From an uncultured Chloroflexia bacterium (lineage in GTDB: Bacteria; Chloroflexota; Limnocylindria; Limnocylindrales; CSP1-4): 64,000 bases of DNA. The notes below the pieces were generated by a model, which did no database searches, was not told the origin of the DNA, and was given only the letters and a program-made list of their open reading frames with translations. The position numbers and the translations under genes were made by a program. Within the stretch, counting starts at the first letter, position 1. Each line of letters opens with the position of its first letter. Below are positions 30,346 to 39,927 of the stretch, in pieces. The stretch spans positions 242,447 to 306,446 of the forward strand of contig CAWHHU010000003.1 in the NCBI GenBank assembly GCA_963829295.1, written 5' to 3'.

Positions 30346-31308
30346 TTACGGGACGCTGAAGGCGAACGTCCAGGGGCCCTGGAGCCGAACCTGTGTGTCA
30401 TCTGGTCGCTCACCAACGAGCTCGGTGACGACGAGCGTCCAGGCACCCGCCGGGTCATCGGTCCCTTCAACGGTGCCGGCGATCTCGTCGAGATCGCCGG
30501 ACCCCCATGCGATCTCGGTGATCCGGTCGCCGTGCTTGAAGTAACCGATCGCGCCCCATCCGGAGGCGGCTTGATCTGACGGCTCGAGGTGGAGCGAGGC
30601 GCTGATCATCGTCGGGCTCAGCCGCACCTCGCCCAGCTCGACCGAGCCCTGGTCGCTCGCCTGGGTCTGGTCGACATTGACGACGGCCCCGGCCGGAGCC
30701 GGCAGCGCGAACCGGAAGGTCCAGGCCGTGTCCGTCGTTCGACCCCCCTCGGAGATCCGAAGACGAAGCGTGTAGTCGCCATCGCTCGAGGTCGTCGGTG
30801 CGAACGTGAGCAGCTCGGCCTGGCTGGCCCCTTCGTTGGCCCCCACGGACGGCGCAGGGCTCGGGGAGAGGATGACCCCGGCGGGATCGCGCAGCTCGGG
30901 CTCGAGGCCGATGTCGACCTGACCTGCACCGGCAATGCGCTCGACCGAGACGCCGAGGACGACCTGGTTGACATCGGCATAGCCGCGGGCGAGCGTGACC
31001 GCGTAGTCGCCGTGCACCTGGCGCTCGTTGAGCTCGACGCCCTGATCCCAAGCCACGGCGGTCCCGGGTGTGGCCGTCGCTACGTAGTCGAGCAGGCGTA
31101 TCGCGCCAACCGCCGCGCCCGCGAGCACGACGAACGCCGCGGCCACGGCGAGGACGAGCCGCAGCCCGCGCCAGCGCCGGGGCGGCCGCGACGCATCGGC
31201 AACCGCCACGAGGGCGGCGATCCGGCGGTCGGTGGACGCGAACCCGTCGGCCGGCACCACGGCGTACGCCGAGGCCAGTCGGCGCTCGAGCTGCCTGCCG
31301 TCGTTCAT
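30346..31308 (-). CDS. putative anti-sigma factor (single TM, DUF4179-like extracellular region)
   Basis: ATGA overlap with the ECF gene; short cytoplasmic N-terminus, TM, beta-rich C-terminus ending GPWTFAFSVP. Confidence 0.7.
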   Translation of the reverse strand: MNDGRQLERRLASAYAVVPADGFASTDRRIAALVAVADASRPPRRWRGLRLVLAVAAAFVVLAGAAVGAIRLLDYVATATPGTAVAWDQGVELNERQVHGDYAVTLARGYADVNQVVLGVSVERIAGAGQVDIGLEPELRDPAGVILSPSPAPSVGANEGASQAELLTFAPTTSSDGDYTLRLRISEGGRTTDTAWTFRFALPAPAGAVVNVDQTQASDQGSVELGEVRLSPTMISASLHLEPSDQAASGWGAIGYFKHGDRITEIAWGSGDLDEIAGTVEGTDDPAGAWTLVVTELVGERPDDTQVRLQGPWTFAFSVP

Positions 31309-31844
31309 TCGAGCACCTCCCGCAGTGCGTCCAGAGCCCGTTGGATCTGCTTCTGGATGGCTCCCTCGGACCTGCCCAGGACATGGCCGATCTCGCGCGC
31401 GCTGAGACCGCTCGCATACCGCAGCCAGATGGCGTCACGCTGGACGTCAGGCAGGCCAGACACGGCGTCGACGATCTCCCGGCGCTCGTGCTCGGCATGG
31501 TCGGCAGCCGTCGCGAGCCCCAGGTCGTCGCCGTCCGTCAGGAACGCCTCGGGCCGGCGACGGCGGTGGGCGTCGATGGCGGCGTTGCGGGCGATGCGGA
31601 ACAGCCATGCGCCCAGGCCACCATCCCGCGACCGGAAGGTATGGCGGCGGGCAAATGCGCGCTCGAAGGCGATGGCCGTGAGGTCCAGCGCGTCGTCCTC
31701 GCCGGCACCCCGCGCACGGAGGTAGCGATAGACGGGCAGCCGGTAGCGCTCGTAGGCACGGGCGAACCCCTCGACGTCGCCGATCCCCTCGTCATCGAGC
31801 GCTCGACCCTCGCCCGCCTCGTCCACGGCCGTCGCGATGTCCAC
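31305..31844 (-). CDS. ECF RNA polymerase sigma factor
   Basis: FARAYERY, WLFRIARN, GLSAREIGHVLGRSEGAI. Confidence 0.92.
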   Translation of the reverse strand: MDIATAVDEAGEGRALDDEGIGDVEGFARAYERYRLPVYRYLRARGAGEDDALDLTAIAFERAFARRHTFRSRDGGLGAWLFRIARNAAIDAHRRRRPEAFLTDGDDLGLATAADHAEHERREIVDAVSGLPDVQRDAIWLRYASGLSAREIGHVLGRSEGAIQKQIQRALDALREVLE

Positions 31845-32012
31845 CCCGCCTCCCAGGTGCCTGTTCCCAAGTGTCCGCTACAGGAGACAACGCCGCAGGG
31901 CGGAGGAACTGGACAGGGGCGATCGCGGGCACCCGATCGCGAGCGCCTCGGTCGCGATCATCGCGATCGTCGATCGGGTTACCGCGGATGGCTTCGCCTG
32001 CGTGACGCCGGA

Positions 32013-32708
32013 TCACCCGGCGTCGAGCCCTCGGATGCGATCGACGCCGCGTGGGATCCCGTTGCGGACCGCGACCCAGGCTCGGTCGCGTCGCACCTCG
32101 TAGGCGATGAAGGCGCAGGGCAGCCCGCGCGCGACCAGGGGATCCTCGGCGTCCATCAGCTGGAAATGGAGGTGTGGCGTGGTCGAGTTGCCGGTGTGCC
32201 CGACTCGCCCGATGACCTCACCGGCTCGGACCGGCTGACCCGTTGTCACCTCGACCGAGCCCGGTGCCAGGTGGGCGAAGCCCGCGAACACCCTGCCGCT
32301 CCGGAGGATGACGTGGTTGCCCAGGATCGCGGGCAGCCGGGATGGCGAGAAGGAGCGGGCGCTTCGCAGCGCAAGGATCGCCTCGCGGACCGGATGGACC
32401 CACCGCCGCTCGGGCCATCCGTCGACCGAACGCACGACCTCGCCGCCAAACGGCGCGTGGATCGGGGCTCCCCAGGCGTAGCACTCGCGGGTAGGGACGC
32501 CTGTGAGCAGCGTCCGAAGCCAGCCGGCCCGGTGGTAGTGGACGCCCCGGCGGCCATCTGCCATCAGGAAGTCGTAGGCGAAGCGCTCCCCGAGCATGTC
32601 CGTCCCATGGCTGGGAATCCGATCGCCGGGTGAGTTGACCGCGACCCACTCCTCGCCACGAAGCGGGAACCGAACCGCGATCGCCTCAGCGAGCTCGTCC
32701 TCGATCAC
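32013..32708 (-). CDS. M23 family metallopeptidase
   Basis: H...YDF, GNHV, FAHL, GHTGNSTTPHLHFQ. Confidence 0.88.
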   Translation of the reverse strand: MIEDELAEAIAVRFPLRGEEWVAVNSPGDRIPSHGTDMLGERFAYDFLMADGRRGVHYHRAGWLRTLLTGVPTRECYAWGAPIHAPFGGEVVRSVDGWPERRWVHPVREAILALRSARSFSPSRLPAILGNHVILRSGRVFAGFAHLAPGSVEVTTGQPVRAGEVIGRVGHTGNSTTPHLHFQLMDAEDPLVARGLPCAFIAYEVRRDRAWVAVRNGIPRGVDRIRGLDAG

Positions 32709-32749
32709 GCGCCGATCGTACCGGGGTTGGCGAGAGGCTTGCGATGAGG

Positions 32750-32777
32750 ATGACCAATGACTATAGTCAGTGGTCAT
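32750..32777. promoter_or_regulatory. TA operator palindrome containing a -10 element
   Basis: ATGACCAATGACTATAGTCAGTGGTCAT is 26/28 self-complementary; TATAGT at 32762-32767; ATG at 32778. Confidence 0.75.
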
Positions 32778-33041
32778 ATGAGCCGGCAGATCGCACCTCT
32801 GGAACGGACGATCATGGCGAGCCGCTTCAAGGCGGAGTGCCTCGCGATCCTCGACCAGGTCGAGCAGATGAAGATCTCGGTGACCGTGACCAAGCACGGT
32901 CGGCCGATCGCGCGCGTGGTGCCGTTGGACGAGATCGGCGAGCTAAGACCGACGATGGGCGGCGTCCGGCTGGTCTCGGAGGAGGACGAGGCGTACTACG
33001 CGACCGGCGAGTCGTGGGACGCCGACCCGAGCCGCCGGTGA
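32778..33041 (+). CDS. Phd/YefM family antitoxin
   Basis: ASRFKAECLAILDQV, VTKHGRPIARVVP. Confidence 0.9.
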   Translation: MSRQIAPLERTIMASRFKAECLAILDQVEQMKISVTVTKHGRPIARVVPLDEIGELRPTMGGVRLVSEEDEAYYATGESWDADPSRR

Positions 33042-33439
33042 ACGTCCTGCTGGACACCCACGTCCTGCTGTGGTGGCAGGCCGGTGGGGGCAGGCTGTCG
33101 CGCCCCGCCTCGAAGGTGATCGACGCCGCGGACGCGATCCTGATCAGCCCATTGGCGTGTTGGGAGGTCGCGACGCTCCATCGACTTGGCAGGATTGCCC
33201 TCGACCGCGACCCGCTGGTGTGGGTTGCCGATCTCCTTCGGACGCCCGGGATCGTGTCCGCGCCCCTGTCGCCGGAGGCCGCGGCATGGGCGGGCACGCT
33301 CGCGACGACCTTCCCCGGTGACCCGATCGATCGGCTGCTCTACGCGACCGCCAGGGACCTGCGCGTGCCGCTGGTCAGCAAGGACGAGCGTCTCCATGCG
33401 TACGCGAACACGGCGCGCGAGATCCAGTTGATCTGGTAG
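33038..33439 (+). CDS. vapC: PIN-domain toxin
   Basis: LLDTHVLLWW, WEV, DPIDRLL, LVSKD; GTGA overlap with the antitoxin. Confidence 0.9.
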   Translation: MNVLLDTHVLLWWQAGGGRLSRPASKVIDAADAILISPLACWEVATLHRLGRIALDRDPLVWVADLLRTPGIVSAPLSPEAAAWAGTLATTFPGDPIDRLLYATARDLRVPLVSKDERLHAYANTAREIQLIW

Positions 33440-33495
33440 TGGGCGGTGAGCCGTGGGCCCCGGCGCAGGCTCCAGGCCGCCCGCAGATGCACGAG

Positions 33496-33771
33496 CTACC
33501 GGAGCACGTCGAGCCGCAGGACCTCCTGAGGCTCGAGGTGGACGCGCTGCCGGTCACGGTCCTCGACCTGGATCGGGATCCGCAGCGTGGCGACATCGGC
33601 GGCGCCCCAGCGGCCCAGTCCGTTCTCGTGATGGGTGAGGTAGCGCAGATTTGCCGGCAGATCCCAGGTCACACCCGTGAGGCGTTCGTGGCGATTGGTG
33701 ACGATCCTGACGTTGCGGGGTTGGACGGCCTGGAAACGCGAGGCCGGGCGCGGGTCGAGTCGGGGTTCCAT
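33496..33771 (-). CDS. hypothetical protein
   Basis: Protein-like ORF filling the gap, divergent from SRAP; no recognisable motif. Confidence 0.4.
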   Translation of the reverse strand: MEPRLDPRPASRFQAVQPRNVRIVTNRHERLTGVTWDLPANLRYLTHHENGLGRWGAADVATLRIPIQVEDRDRQRVHLEPQEVLRLDVLR

Positions 33772-33903
33772 GAAAGGAAGCATGGGCCGTCCGCCGGTCA
33801 CGGGCCGCCGCCCGATGGTCATCTGCCGGATGGCGGGTTGGTCCTGCCGCCCCGGACATCCGGCTTGCCCGGCACGGTGGGTGGACGCGCACCCGGGCGA
33901 GTG

Positions 33904-33917
33904 CGAACATGTGTTCG
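33904..33917. promoter_or_regulatory. LexA (SOS) box
   Basis: CGAACATGTGTTCG matches GAAC-N4-GTTC, immediately before the SRAP ATG. Confidence 0.8.
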
Positions 33918-34640
33918 ATGTGCGGCAGGATCACGCAGCAGCAGCCGATGTCGGAGCTCGCCCGGATCTTCGACGCCGAGCCCGTTGCGCCCGAGCCCGG
34001 GCCTGCCTACAACGTGGCCCCGACCGACGACCTCACGGTGGTCGTCCAGGCCCCCGAGGGCCGGCGCGGCGTCACACGCTACCGGTGGGGCCTGATCCCC
34101 GGCTGGGCAACGGACGAGAAGGTAGGCTCGCGAGCCTTCAACGCCCGTGCCGAGACCGTGGCGGAGAAGGCCGCGTTCCGCACCGGCTTCAGGGGTCGAC
34201 GCTGCCTGGTGCCGGCCGACGGCTTCTATGAGTGGCGCCGGACCGCGGACGGTCGCCAGCCCTGGCTCATCCGGCGGCGGGACGGCGAGCCGCTCGCGCT
34301 CGCCGGGCTGTGGGCCTCGTGGCACAACCCGGCGCTGCCGCCCGAGGCGCCGCCCGTCCGCTCGGCAACGATCGTGACCACGGCGCCCAACGAGTTGATG
34401 CGCCAGCTCCACGACCGGATGCCGGTCATTCTCGCGCCCGAGATCTGGTCAACCTGGCTCGACCCGCGGTTCGGCGATCTGGGCCTGTTGCGCGACCTGC
34501 TGGTCCCGTCGGTGCCCGACGAGCTCGAGGCCGTGCCCGTCTCCACGCTCGTCAACAGCGTCCGTGAGACCGGGCCGTCGCTCGTGTCGCCGATCGGCGA
34601 TCCCCTCCGGGTGGACCGCTCGCTGCGCGAGGGGCGATAG
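33918..34640 (+). CDS. SOS response-associated peptidase (SRAP; YedK/HMCES-like)
   Basis: N-terminal MCGR, YNVAPT, WGLIP, NARAET, GFYEW, HDRMP. Confidence 0.95.
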   Translation: MCGRITQQQPMSELARIFDAEPVAPEPGPAYNVAPTDDLTVVVQAPEGRRGVTRYRWGLIPGWATDEKVGSRAFNARAETVAEKAAFRTGFRGRRCLVPADGFYEWRRTADGRQPWLIRRRDGEPLALAGLWASWHNPALPPEAPPVRSATIVTTAPNELMRQLHDRMPVILAPEIWSTWLDPRFGDLGLLRDLLVPSVPDELEAVPVSTLVNSVRETGPSLVSPIGDPLRVDRSLREGR

Positions 34641-34789
34641 GCCTGGCAGCCGCCGACTCGCGATGCAGTCGCCGACTCGCGTGGCGGCGGCGCAGCCGCG
34701 CGATCGATCAGGTTTCGAGAAGCCGTCATGGCCGCGGCCCCCTAGCATCCAGGGATGATCCAATCCGATCCCCAGGGAGGAAACCTGCC

Positions 34790-35263
34790 ATGAACGACAG
34801 CCAGAAGTCTGCCAGGAGCCGAACCGCGACCGACGTGACGCTCGAAGGGTTCACAGAAGAGGAAAAGGCCGCCATGAAGGAGGCGGCGAGGGAGCGAAAG
34901 GCGGCAGCGCGCCGAGGCCCTGGCGCGGAGGCGGACGGGGAAGCCGACGTGCTTGCGAAGATCGCGGCGATGCCGGAGCCGGATCGCGCGATGGCCGAGC
35001 GGGTCCACGCGCTCATCAAGGCGAGCGCGCCGTCCCTCTCGCCCAGAACGTGGTACGGGATGCCCGCCTATGCCAGGGACGGCAACGTCATCTGCCACTT
35101 CCAGGACGCTCATAAGTTCAAGGCGCGCTATGCGACGCTGGGTTTCAGTGACAAGGCGAACATCGACGACGGCGAGATGTGGCCGGTCGCCTACGCGCTA
35201 ACGGAGCTGACGCCCGCCGCCGAGGCAAGGATCGCCGAGCTGATCAGGAAGGCGGTCGGCTGA
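34790..35263 (+). CDS. DUF1801 family protein
   Basis: GGAGG RBS; [24 protein letters not shown]. Confidence 0.85.
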   Translation: MNDSQKSARSRTATDVTLEGFTEEEKAAMKEAARERKAAARRGPGAEADGEADVLAKIAAMPEPDRAMAERVHALIKASAPSLSPRTWYGMPAYARDGNVICHFQDAHKFKARYATLGFSDKANIDDGEMWPVAYALTELTPAAEARIAELIRKAVG

Positions 35264-35323
35264 CGCAGCCCGGGGCGCTGCGGCGTTCGCGCCGGGGCGT
35301 TCGAGGGAGGCGGCGCCCGTCGG

Positions 35324-35530
35324 TCAGAGGTGGCTCGCCCGCACCTCGTCGGCGTCGATCTTGACCATCGCGTCGCAGCCGATCATCTGGCAGCGGTAGA
35401 TCCGTTCGGAGGGCGGCTCGCCGGGCACGATCGTTTCGGCGCTGCGCTCGGGCATCATCGGGGCCCAGTCGTTCAGCCCGTGCCGGTGGTGGATGACGCT
35501 CGGAAACCGGGGCTCTTGTTCCTCTGCCAT
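35324..35530 (-). CDS. small hypothetical protein, possibly metal-binding
   Basis: 68 aa with HHRH and CxxxxC motifs. Confidence 0.45.
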   Translation of the reverse strand: MAEEQEPRFPSVIHHRHGLNDWAPMMPERSAETIVPGEPPSERIYRCQMIGCDAMVKIDADEVRASHL

Positions 35531-35579
35531 GGACCAAGGGTACGCCGCTCCCCCGAATCGGCGACCTGCAGGGCCTCGG

Positions 35580-36425
35580 TCAGCGGTTGCGCTCGGAGCG
35601 AACGAACAGGATCGTGCCCACCAGCAGGAACACCACGAACAGCGCCGCGATCACCGCCGCGTTGATCGGCGCAGGCGTCGTATCCGGCGCGGGGACGCCG
35701 GGCTGAAGCCCGTACATCACGTTGCGGGTCAGCTCCACCGCGTAGCGCAGCGGCGACAGCGCCGAAAGGATCGCGAGCGGCAACGGCAGGCCGTGGATCG
35801 GGTTGAACACGCCGGCCAGGAAGAACTGTGGCAGCAGCACGAACGGGAAGATCTGGTTCGCCGTGCGCTGGCTCGAGATGTTGGAAAGGATCACCAGCCC
35901 GAACGCGCCGCCGTACACCGCGACGAGGAGCGAGATCGGGATCAGCGCCAGCAGCACCAGGGGCGACAGCGGGACCCCGATCAGCAGGCCCACGATCACG
36001 ATCCCGAGGCCGGTCGGCAGCGCCACCAGCGACTCGCCGATGATCTTGCCCGCCACGATCGAGTAGCGGGATACCGGCGACACGAAGATCTCCTGGCTGA
36101 AGTCCTCCTCGCGGTCCGCGATCAGCGACACCAGCCCGAGCACCGACGACTGCCAGACCGTCTGGGCGAGCACGCCGCTGAACACGAAGGTGGTGAGATC
36201 GAGCCCGCCGGGCGCCCCGAACCCGGACTGCAGGGCGGGTCCGAGCAGCAGGATCAGCACCAGCGGGAACGCGAGCTCCGAGACCAGCCGCAGCCGGTCA
36301 CGGAGCAGTTTGACGAAGTCACGGTGGGCGATCACCGCGATGGCCGACAGCTCCGCCCGCCAGCGGCGGGGGAGGGGAGCTCCCGGCCGGGCGGCCGAAT
36401 CGCGAGCGAGTGCGGTCTCAGCCAT
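35580..36425 (-). CDS. ABC-2 type exporter permease (DrrB-like)
   Basis: Six TM segments, DREE, SPVSR, FLAGVF, PLRYAVE. Confidence 0.9.
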   Translation of the reverse strand: MAETALARDSAARPGAPLPRRWRAELSAIAVIAHRDFVKLLRDRLRLVSELAFPLVLILLLGPALQSGFGAPGGLDLTTFVFSGVLAQTVWQSSVLGLVSLIADREEDFSQEIFVSPVSRYSIVAGKIIGESLVALPTGLGIVIVGLLIGVPLSPLVLLALIPISLLVAVYGGAFGLVILSNISSQRTANQIFPFVLLPQFFLAGVFNPIHGLPLPLAILSALSPLRYAVELTRNVMYGLQPGVPAPDTTPAPINAAVIAALFVVFLLVGTILFVRSERNR

Positions 36426-37464
36426 CGTCGGCGCCTCCGTCCGGGACCTGGCCCGCCGCACGGCCCAGCCCATCACCGCCCAGCTCGGCATGGCTGACGA
36501 TCTCGAGATAGGCGTCCTCGAGCGACGGTGCGTGCGTCCGGACGAGCGTGAGCGGTGTCTCGATCGCGCGCAGCGCCGCGTGCGCGTCGGCCGTGCTCAC
36601 GTCGATCCGGAACGGGCCCTCGCCGGAAGGCGCGTGCCCCAGCCGGGCGAGCTCTGCCAGCAGGTTCGTCCGGTCGGCGGCGTCCACGATCAGGTACTCG
36701 CTCGCGAGCGCCGCCGTGAGGTCGGACGGCGAGCCCGTGGCCACGATCCTGCCGGCATCGATGACGCAGATCCGGTCCGCCTGCTCGGCCTCCTCGAGGT
36801 AGTGCGAGGTGAGCACGATCGTCGTCCCGTGCTCGGCACGGACATCGCGCAGGTAGCCCCACAGTGCGCGCCGGCTCGGTGCGTCGAGGCCGGTGGTCGG
36901 TTCGTCGAGGAACAGCACCCGCGGCCGGTGGACGAGGCTGCGCACGATCTCCAGCTTGCGCAGCATCCCGCCGGAGTACGTGCGCACCGGTCGGAAGATG
37001 TCGCGCCCGATATCGAGCAGCCGGGCCCAGTCCTCCACCCGGCGGCGGTAGTCGGCGGGCATCAGGCGATACGCGGGCGCGTACGGGTAGAGGCCGTAGA
37101 GGATCGCGTGGAAGCGGACGTTCTCCTCGCCGGTCAGGTTCCGGTCCAGGCTCGGCTTCTGGAAGATGATCCCCACCCGCCGCCGCACCGCCGCCGCATC
37201 TGCGACCACGTCCAGCCCGTCAATCAGCGCCCGCCCGCCTGTGGGTGCGAGCGTGGTGGTCAGGATCGAGAGCGTCGTCGTCTTGCCCGCGCCATTGGGC
37301 CCGAGCAGGGCGAAGAACTCGCCGCCGCCGACCTCGAAGTCGATCCCGTCGACGGCGTTGCGATCCGCCTTGCGGTAGCGCTTGACGAGCCCCTCCACGC
37401 GGATGGCCGGCGAACCGGCATCCGGGGCGGTGGCGCGCTGCGGGGCGGCGGTGTCGACGATCAC
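36418..37464 (-). CDS. ABC exporter ATP-binding protein (DrrA-like)
   Basis: GPNGAGKTT, YSGGM, LDEPTTGLD, SHYLEEAE, PSLEDAY; GAAGGA RBS. Confidence 0.92.
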   Translation of the reverse strand: MIVDTAAPQRATAPDAGSPAIRVEGLVKRYRKADRNAVDGIDFEVGGGEFFALLGPNGAGKTTTLSILTTTLAPTGGRALIDGLDVVADAAAVRRRVGIIFQKPSLDRNLTGEENVRFHAILYGLYPYAPAYRLMPADYRRRVEDWARLLDIGRDIFRPVRTYSGGMLRKLEIVRSLVHRPRVLFLDEPTTGLDAPSRRALWGYLRDVRAEHGTTIVLTSHYLEEAEQADRICVIDAGRIVATGSPSDLTAALASEYLIVDAADRTNLLAELARLGHAPSGEGPFRIDVSTADAHAALRAIETPLTLVRTHAPSLEDAYLEIVSHAELGGDGLGRAAGQVPDGGADDG

Positions 37465-37538
37465 GGTCCTTCGCTCGCGTGGGGACGCTCGCGGGCGGGT
37501 GCCCGGGTGGGGCACAAGGGTAGCGGGCCCGCGCCATC

Positions 37539-37563
37539 GCTCGAGCAACCGAGTTGCTCGAGC
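37539..37563. promoter_or_regulatory. perfect 11-bp inverted repeat, putative operator
   Basis: GCTCGAGCAAC-CGA-GTTGCTCGAGC between the divergent ABC exporter and FAD oxidase genes. Confidence 0.55.
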
Positions 37564-37650
37564 AGCGACCTCGGCACCGATGAGCTCGCGCCCCGAACGT
37601 CGTCGATACTCCAGGCAGGCAGGGAGGTCTCGACACCCATGGTCCATGCG

Positions 37651-39069
37651 ATGTCCACGCTCTCGCGGCGCGACCTCGATCAGCTGCGCCGATCGTTCGG
37701 CGGTCAGGTGATCGCGCCAACCGACGCGCCCTACGACGATGCCCGCCGGCTGTGGAACGCGCTGCACGATCGACGACCGGCCGTCATCGTCCGCCCCAGA
37801 AGCGTCGCCGAGGTGGCGACCGCCGTCCGCTTCGGTCTCGATCGGGGCCTCGAGCTCGCGGTCAGGTCCGGCGGGCACAGCCTGGCCGGCCTCGCCGGCC
37901 GTGACGGCGGCCTGGTCGTCGATCTGTCGGCGATGGGCGGGGTCGAGGTTGACCCGCAGACCCGCACCGCGCGAGCCAGCGGCGGCGCGCTGCTGGGCGA
38001 GCTCGACGTCGCCGCCCAGGCGCACGGCCTCGTCTGCCCGGTCGGCGTCGTGGGTCACACCGGTGTTGCAGGGCTCACGCTGGGCGGTGGCGTCGGCCGG
38101 CTGCAGCGGCGGTTCGGGCTCACCATCGACAATCTCGCGGCGGTCGAGCTGGTCACGGCCGACGGCCGGCTCGTGCGTGCGAGCGAGACCGAGGAGCCGG
38201 ACCTGTTCTGGGGCATGCGCGGCGCCGGCTGGAACTTCGGGATCGCCACCGCATTCGAGCTTCGGCTGCACGCGGTCGGACCGGACCTCCACCGGGGCGT
38301 TCTCGTCTACCCGGCGACCGGGATCCGGGATGTGTGGGCGGTCTTCCGCGACTACGCCCCGCACGCGCCGGACGCGGTGTCGGTGATCTTCGGCATCGAC
38401 CGTGCCGGGTCCACCGAGGGCTACCCGGACGATCTCGTGGGCCGCCCCATCGCCTACATCGCCTACAACCACAGCGGCGCGGCCGATGCGGTCGAGCGGG
38501 ACACGGCGGGGCTGCACGCAGGCCCGAAGCCGGTCACGGCCACCATCGGCAGCCGGCCGTATCTCGAGGTCCAGACTGCCCACGACCTCGTGTTCGAGTG
38601 GGGTCACCGATCGTTCATCGCCGGCTGCAACGCGGACGACGTCCGGCCCGAGGCGCTCGACGAGCTGGTCGAGCTGGTCGCAACCGCGCCGGGAGAAGGG
38701 TCGTTCTCGATCACGGCCCTGGGTGGCGCGATCAGCCGCGTCGCGGAGGAAGGGACCGCATATGCGGGACGGGCCGCGACGTTCGATCTCAGCGCCGACA
38801 CGACGTGGGCGGACGCGGCGCTCGATGATGCGAACCGCGACTGGGTCCGGCGGGCGATGCGCGTCGTCGAGCCTCATGCAACCGTCGGCCGCTATGCGAA
38901 CGAGATCTCCGATGCCGGCCCCGAGCAGACCCGCCGGATCTACGGCGATGCGAAGGTCGCCCGGCTCGCCGCCCTGAAGCGAACCTGGGACCCTGCCAAC
39001 CTGTTCCACGTGAACCACAACGTCGAGCCCGCGGCAGACGCTGGCACGTCTCGGCGATCGGCAGTCTGA
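37651..39069 (+). CDS. FAD-binding oxidoreductase (BBE/VAO family)
   Basis: RSGGHS, GLTLGGG, DLFWGMRG, NFG, YAN, KRTWDPANLF. Confidence 0.93.
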   Translation: MSTLSRRDLDQLRRSFGGQVIAPTDAPYDDARRLWNALHDRRPAVIVRPRSVAEVATAVRFGLDRGLELAVRSGGHSLAGLAGRDGGLVVDLSAMGGVEVDPQTRTARASGGALLGELDVAAQAHGLVCPVGVVGHTGVAGLTLGGGVGRLQRRFGLTIDNLAAVELVTADGRLVRASETEEPDLFWGMRGAGWNFGIATAFELRLHAVGPDLHRGVLVYPATGIRDVWAVFRDYAPHAPDAVSVIFGIDRAGSTEGYPDDLVGRPIAYIAYNHSGAADAVERDTAGLHAGPKPVTATIGSRPYLEVQTAHDLVFEWGHRSFIAGCNADDVRPEALDELVELVATAPGEGSFSITALGGAISRVAEEGTAYAGRAATFDLSADTTWADAALDDANRDWVRRAMRVVEPHATVGRYANEISDAGPEQTRRIYGDAKVARLAALKRTWDPANLFHVNHNVEPAADAGTSRRSAV

Positions 39070-39252
39070 CAGCGTGGTCGACACGACATCCGCCCCACGT
39101 GCCTGGGATTCGCGGCGCAACGCCCGAGGACGGCCGTCTCAGCCTGCGATCCCGTCCAGTCCCAGGCGGCTCAGGCGGTGCGGGTCCGCGAGGATGTCGA
39201 TCGAGACGATCCGGCCAGGGCGCGCCGGCCCCCAGGGTCTATGATCGTTGCT

Positions 39253-39690
39253 ATGACAACTAACGATGAACGCTCGGCCTACCGCGACTTCACCAATGCC
39301 CTCATCGCCGACTTTCGAGCCAACCACGGCAAGGTGACGTCCGGACCATTCCTGGGGCGGAATCTGCTGCTGCTGACGACGACCGGCGCGCGGAGCGGTG
39401 AAGCCCGGCTTGCGCCGCTCGCCTACACGCGCGACGGCGACGCGATCGTGATCGTCGCGTCCAAAGGCGGCGCGCCCACGCACCCGGCGTGGTACCGGAA
39501 CCTCGTGGCCAACCCGGTTGCGACCGTGGAGCTCGGCGATGAGACGTTCCAGGCCCGGGCCTCCGTGGTCGATGGCGCGGAGCGCGACCGGCTCTACGCC
39601 GCACATGCAGCCGAACACCCGTCCTTTGCCGAATACCCGAAGCTGACCAGCCGCGTGATCCCCGTGATCAGGCTGGCCCGGGTCGCGTAG
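39253..39690 (+). CDS. deazaflavin (F420)-dependent nitroreductase family protein (Ddn-like)
   Basis: LLLTTTGARSG, ASKGGAPTHPAWYRNL, RVIPV. Confidence 0.92.
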   Translation: MTTNDERSAYRDFTNALIADFRANHGKVTSGPFLGRNLLLLTTTGARSGEARLAPLAYTRDGDAIVIVASKGGAPTHPAWYRNLVANPVATVELGDETFQARASVVDGAERDRLYAAHAAEHPSFAEYPKLTSRVIPVIRLARVA

Positions 39691-39927
39691 CCCGTCCGAT
39701 TCCCGTGTCGGGGACGAGTCGCGGGTCCGCCTGACTCGATACGGCACGTCACGAGGACGCAGGTCGAGGGATCACTCGTTCGGCTCCAGCCTGATGTCTT
39801 GCCTTCGGTCTCGTGGCGGGACCAGCGCCCGTCCGGCCGCGATCGGCCGGAGGCGATCGACGTTGGCCCTTGCGGCCGTGCGCACCGGGCAGGACAATCG
39901 TCGCCAGGGTCGAGGAGGGCGGCGTCG

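Noticed and set aside
36418-39120. 900-aa ABC ATPase with a long N-terminal extension
   Set aside because: The extension is the antisense shadow of the FAD oxidase; RBS and GTG are at 37464
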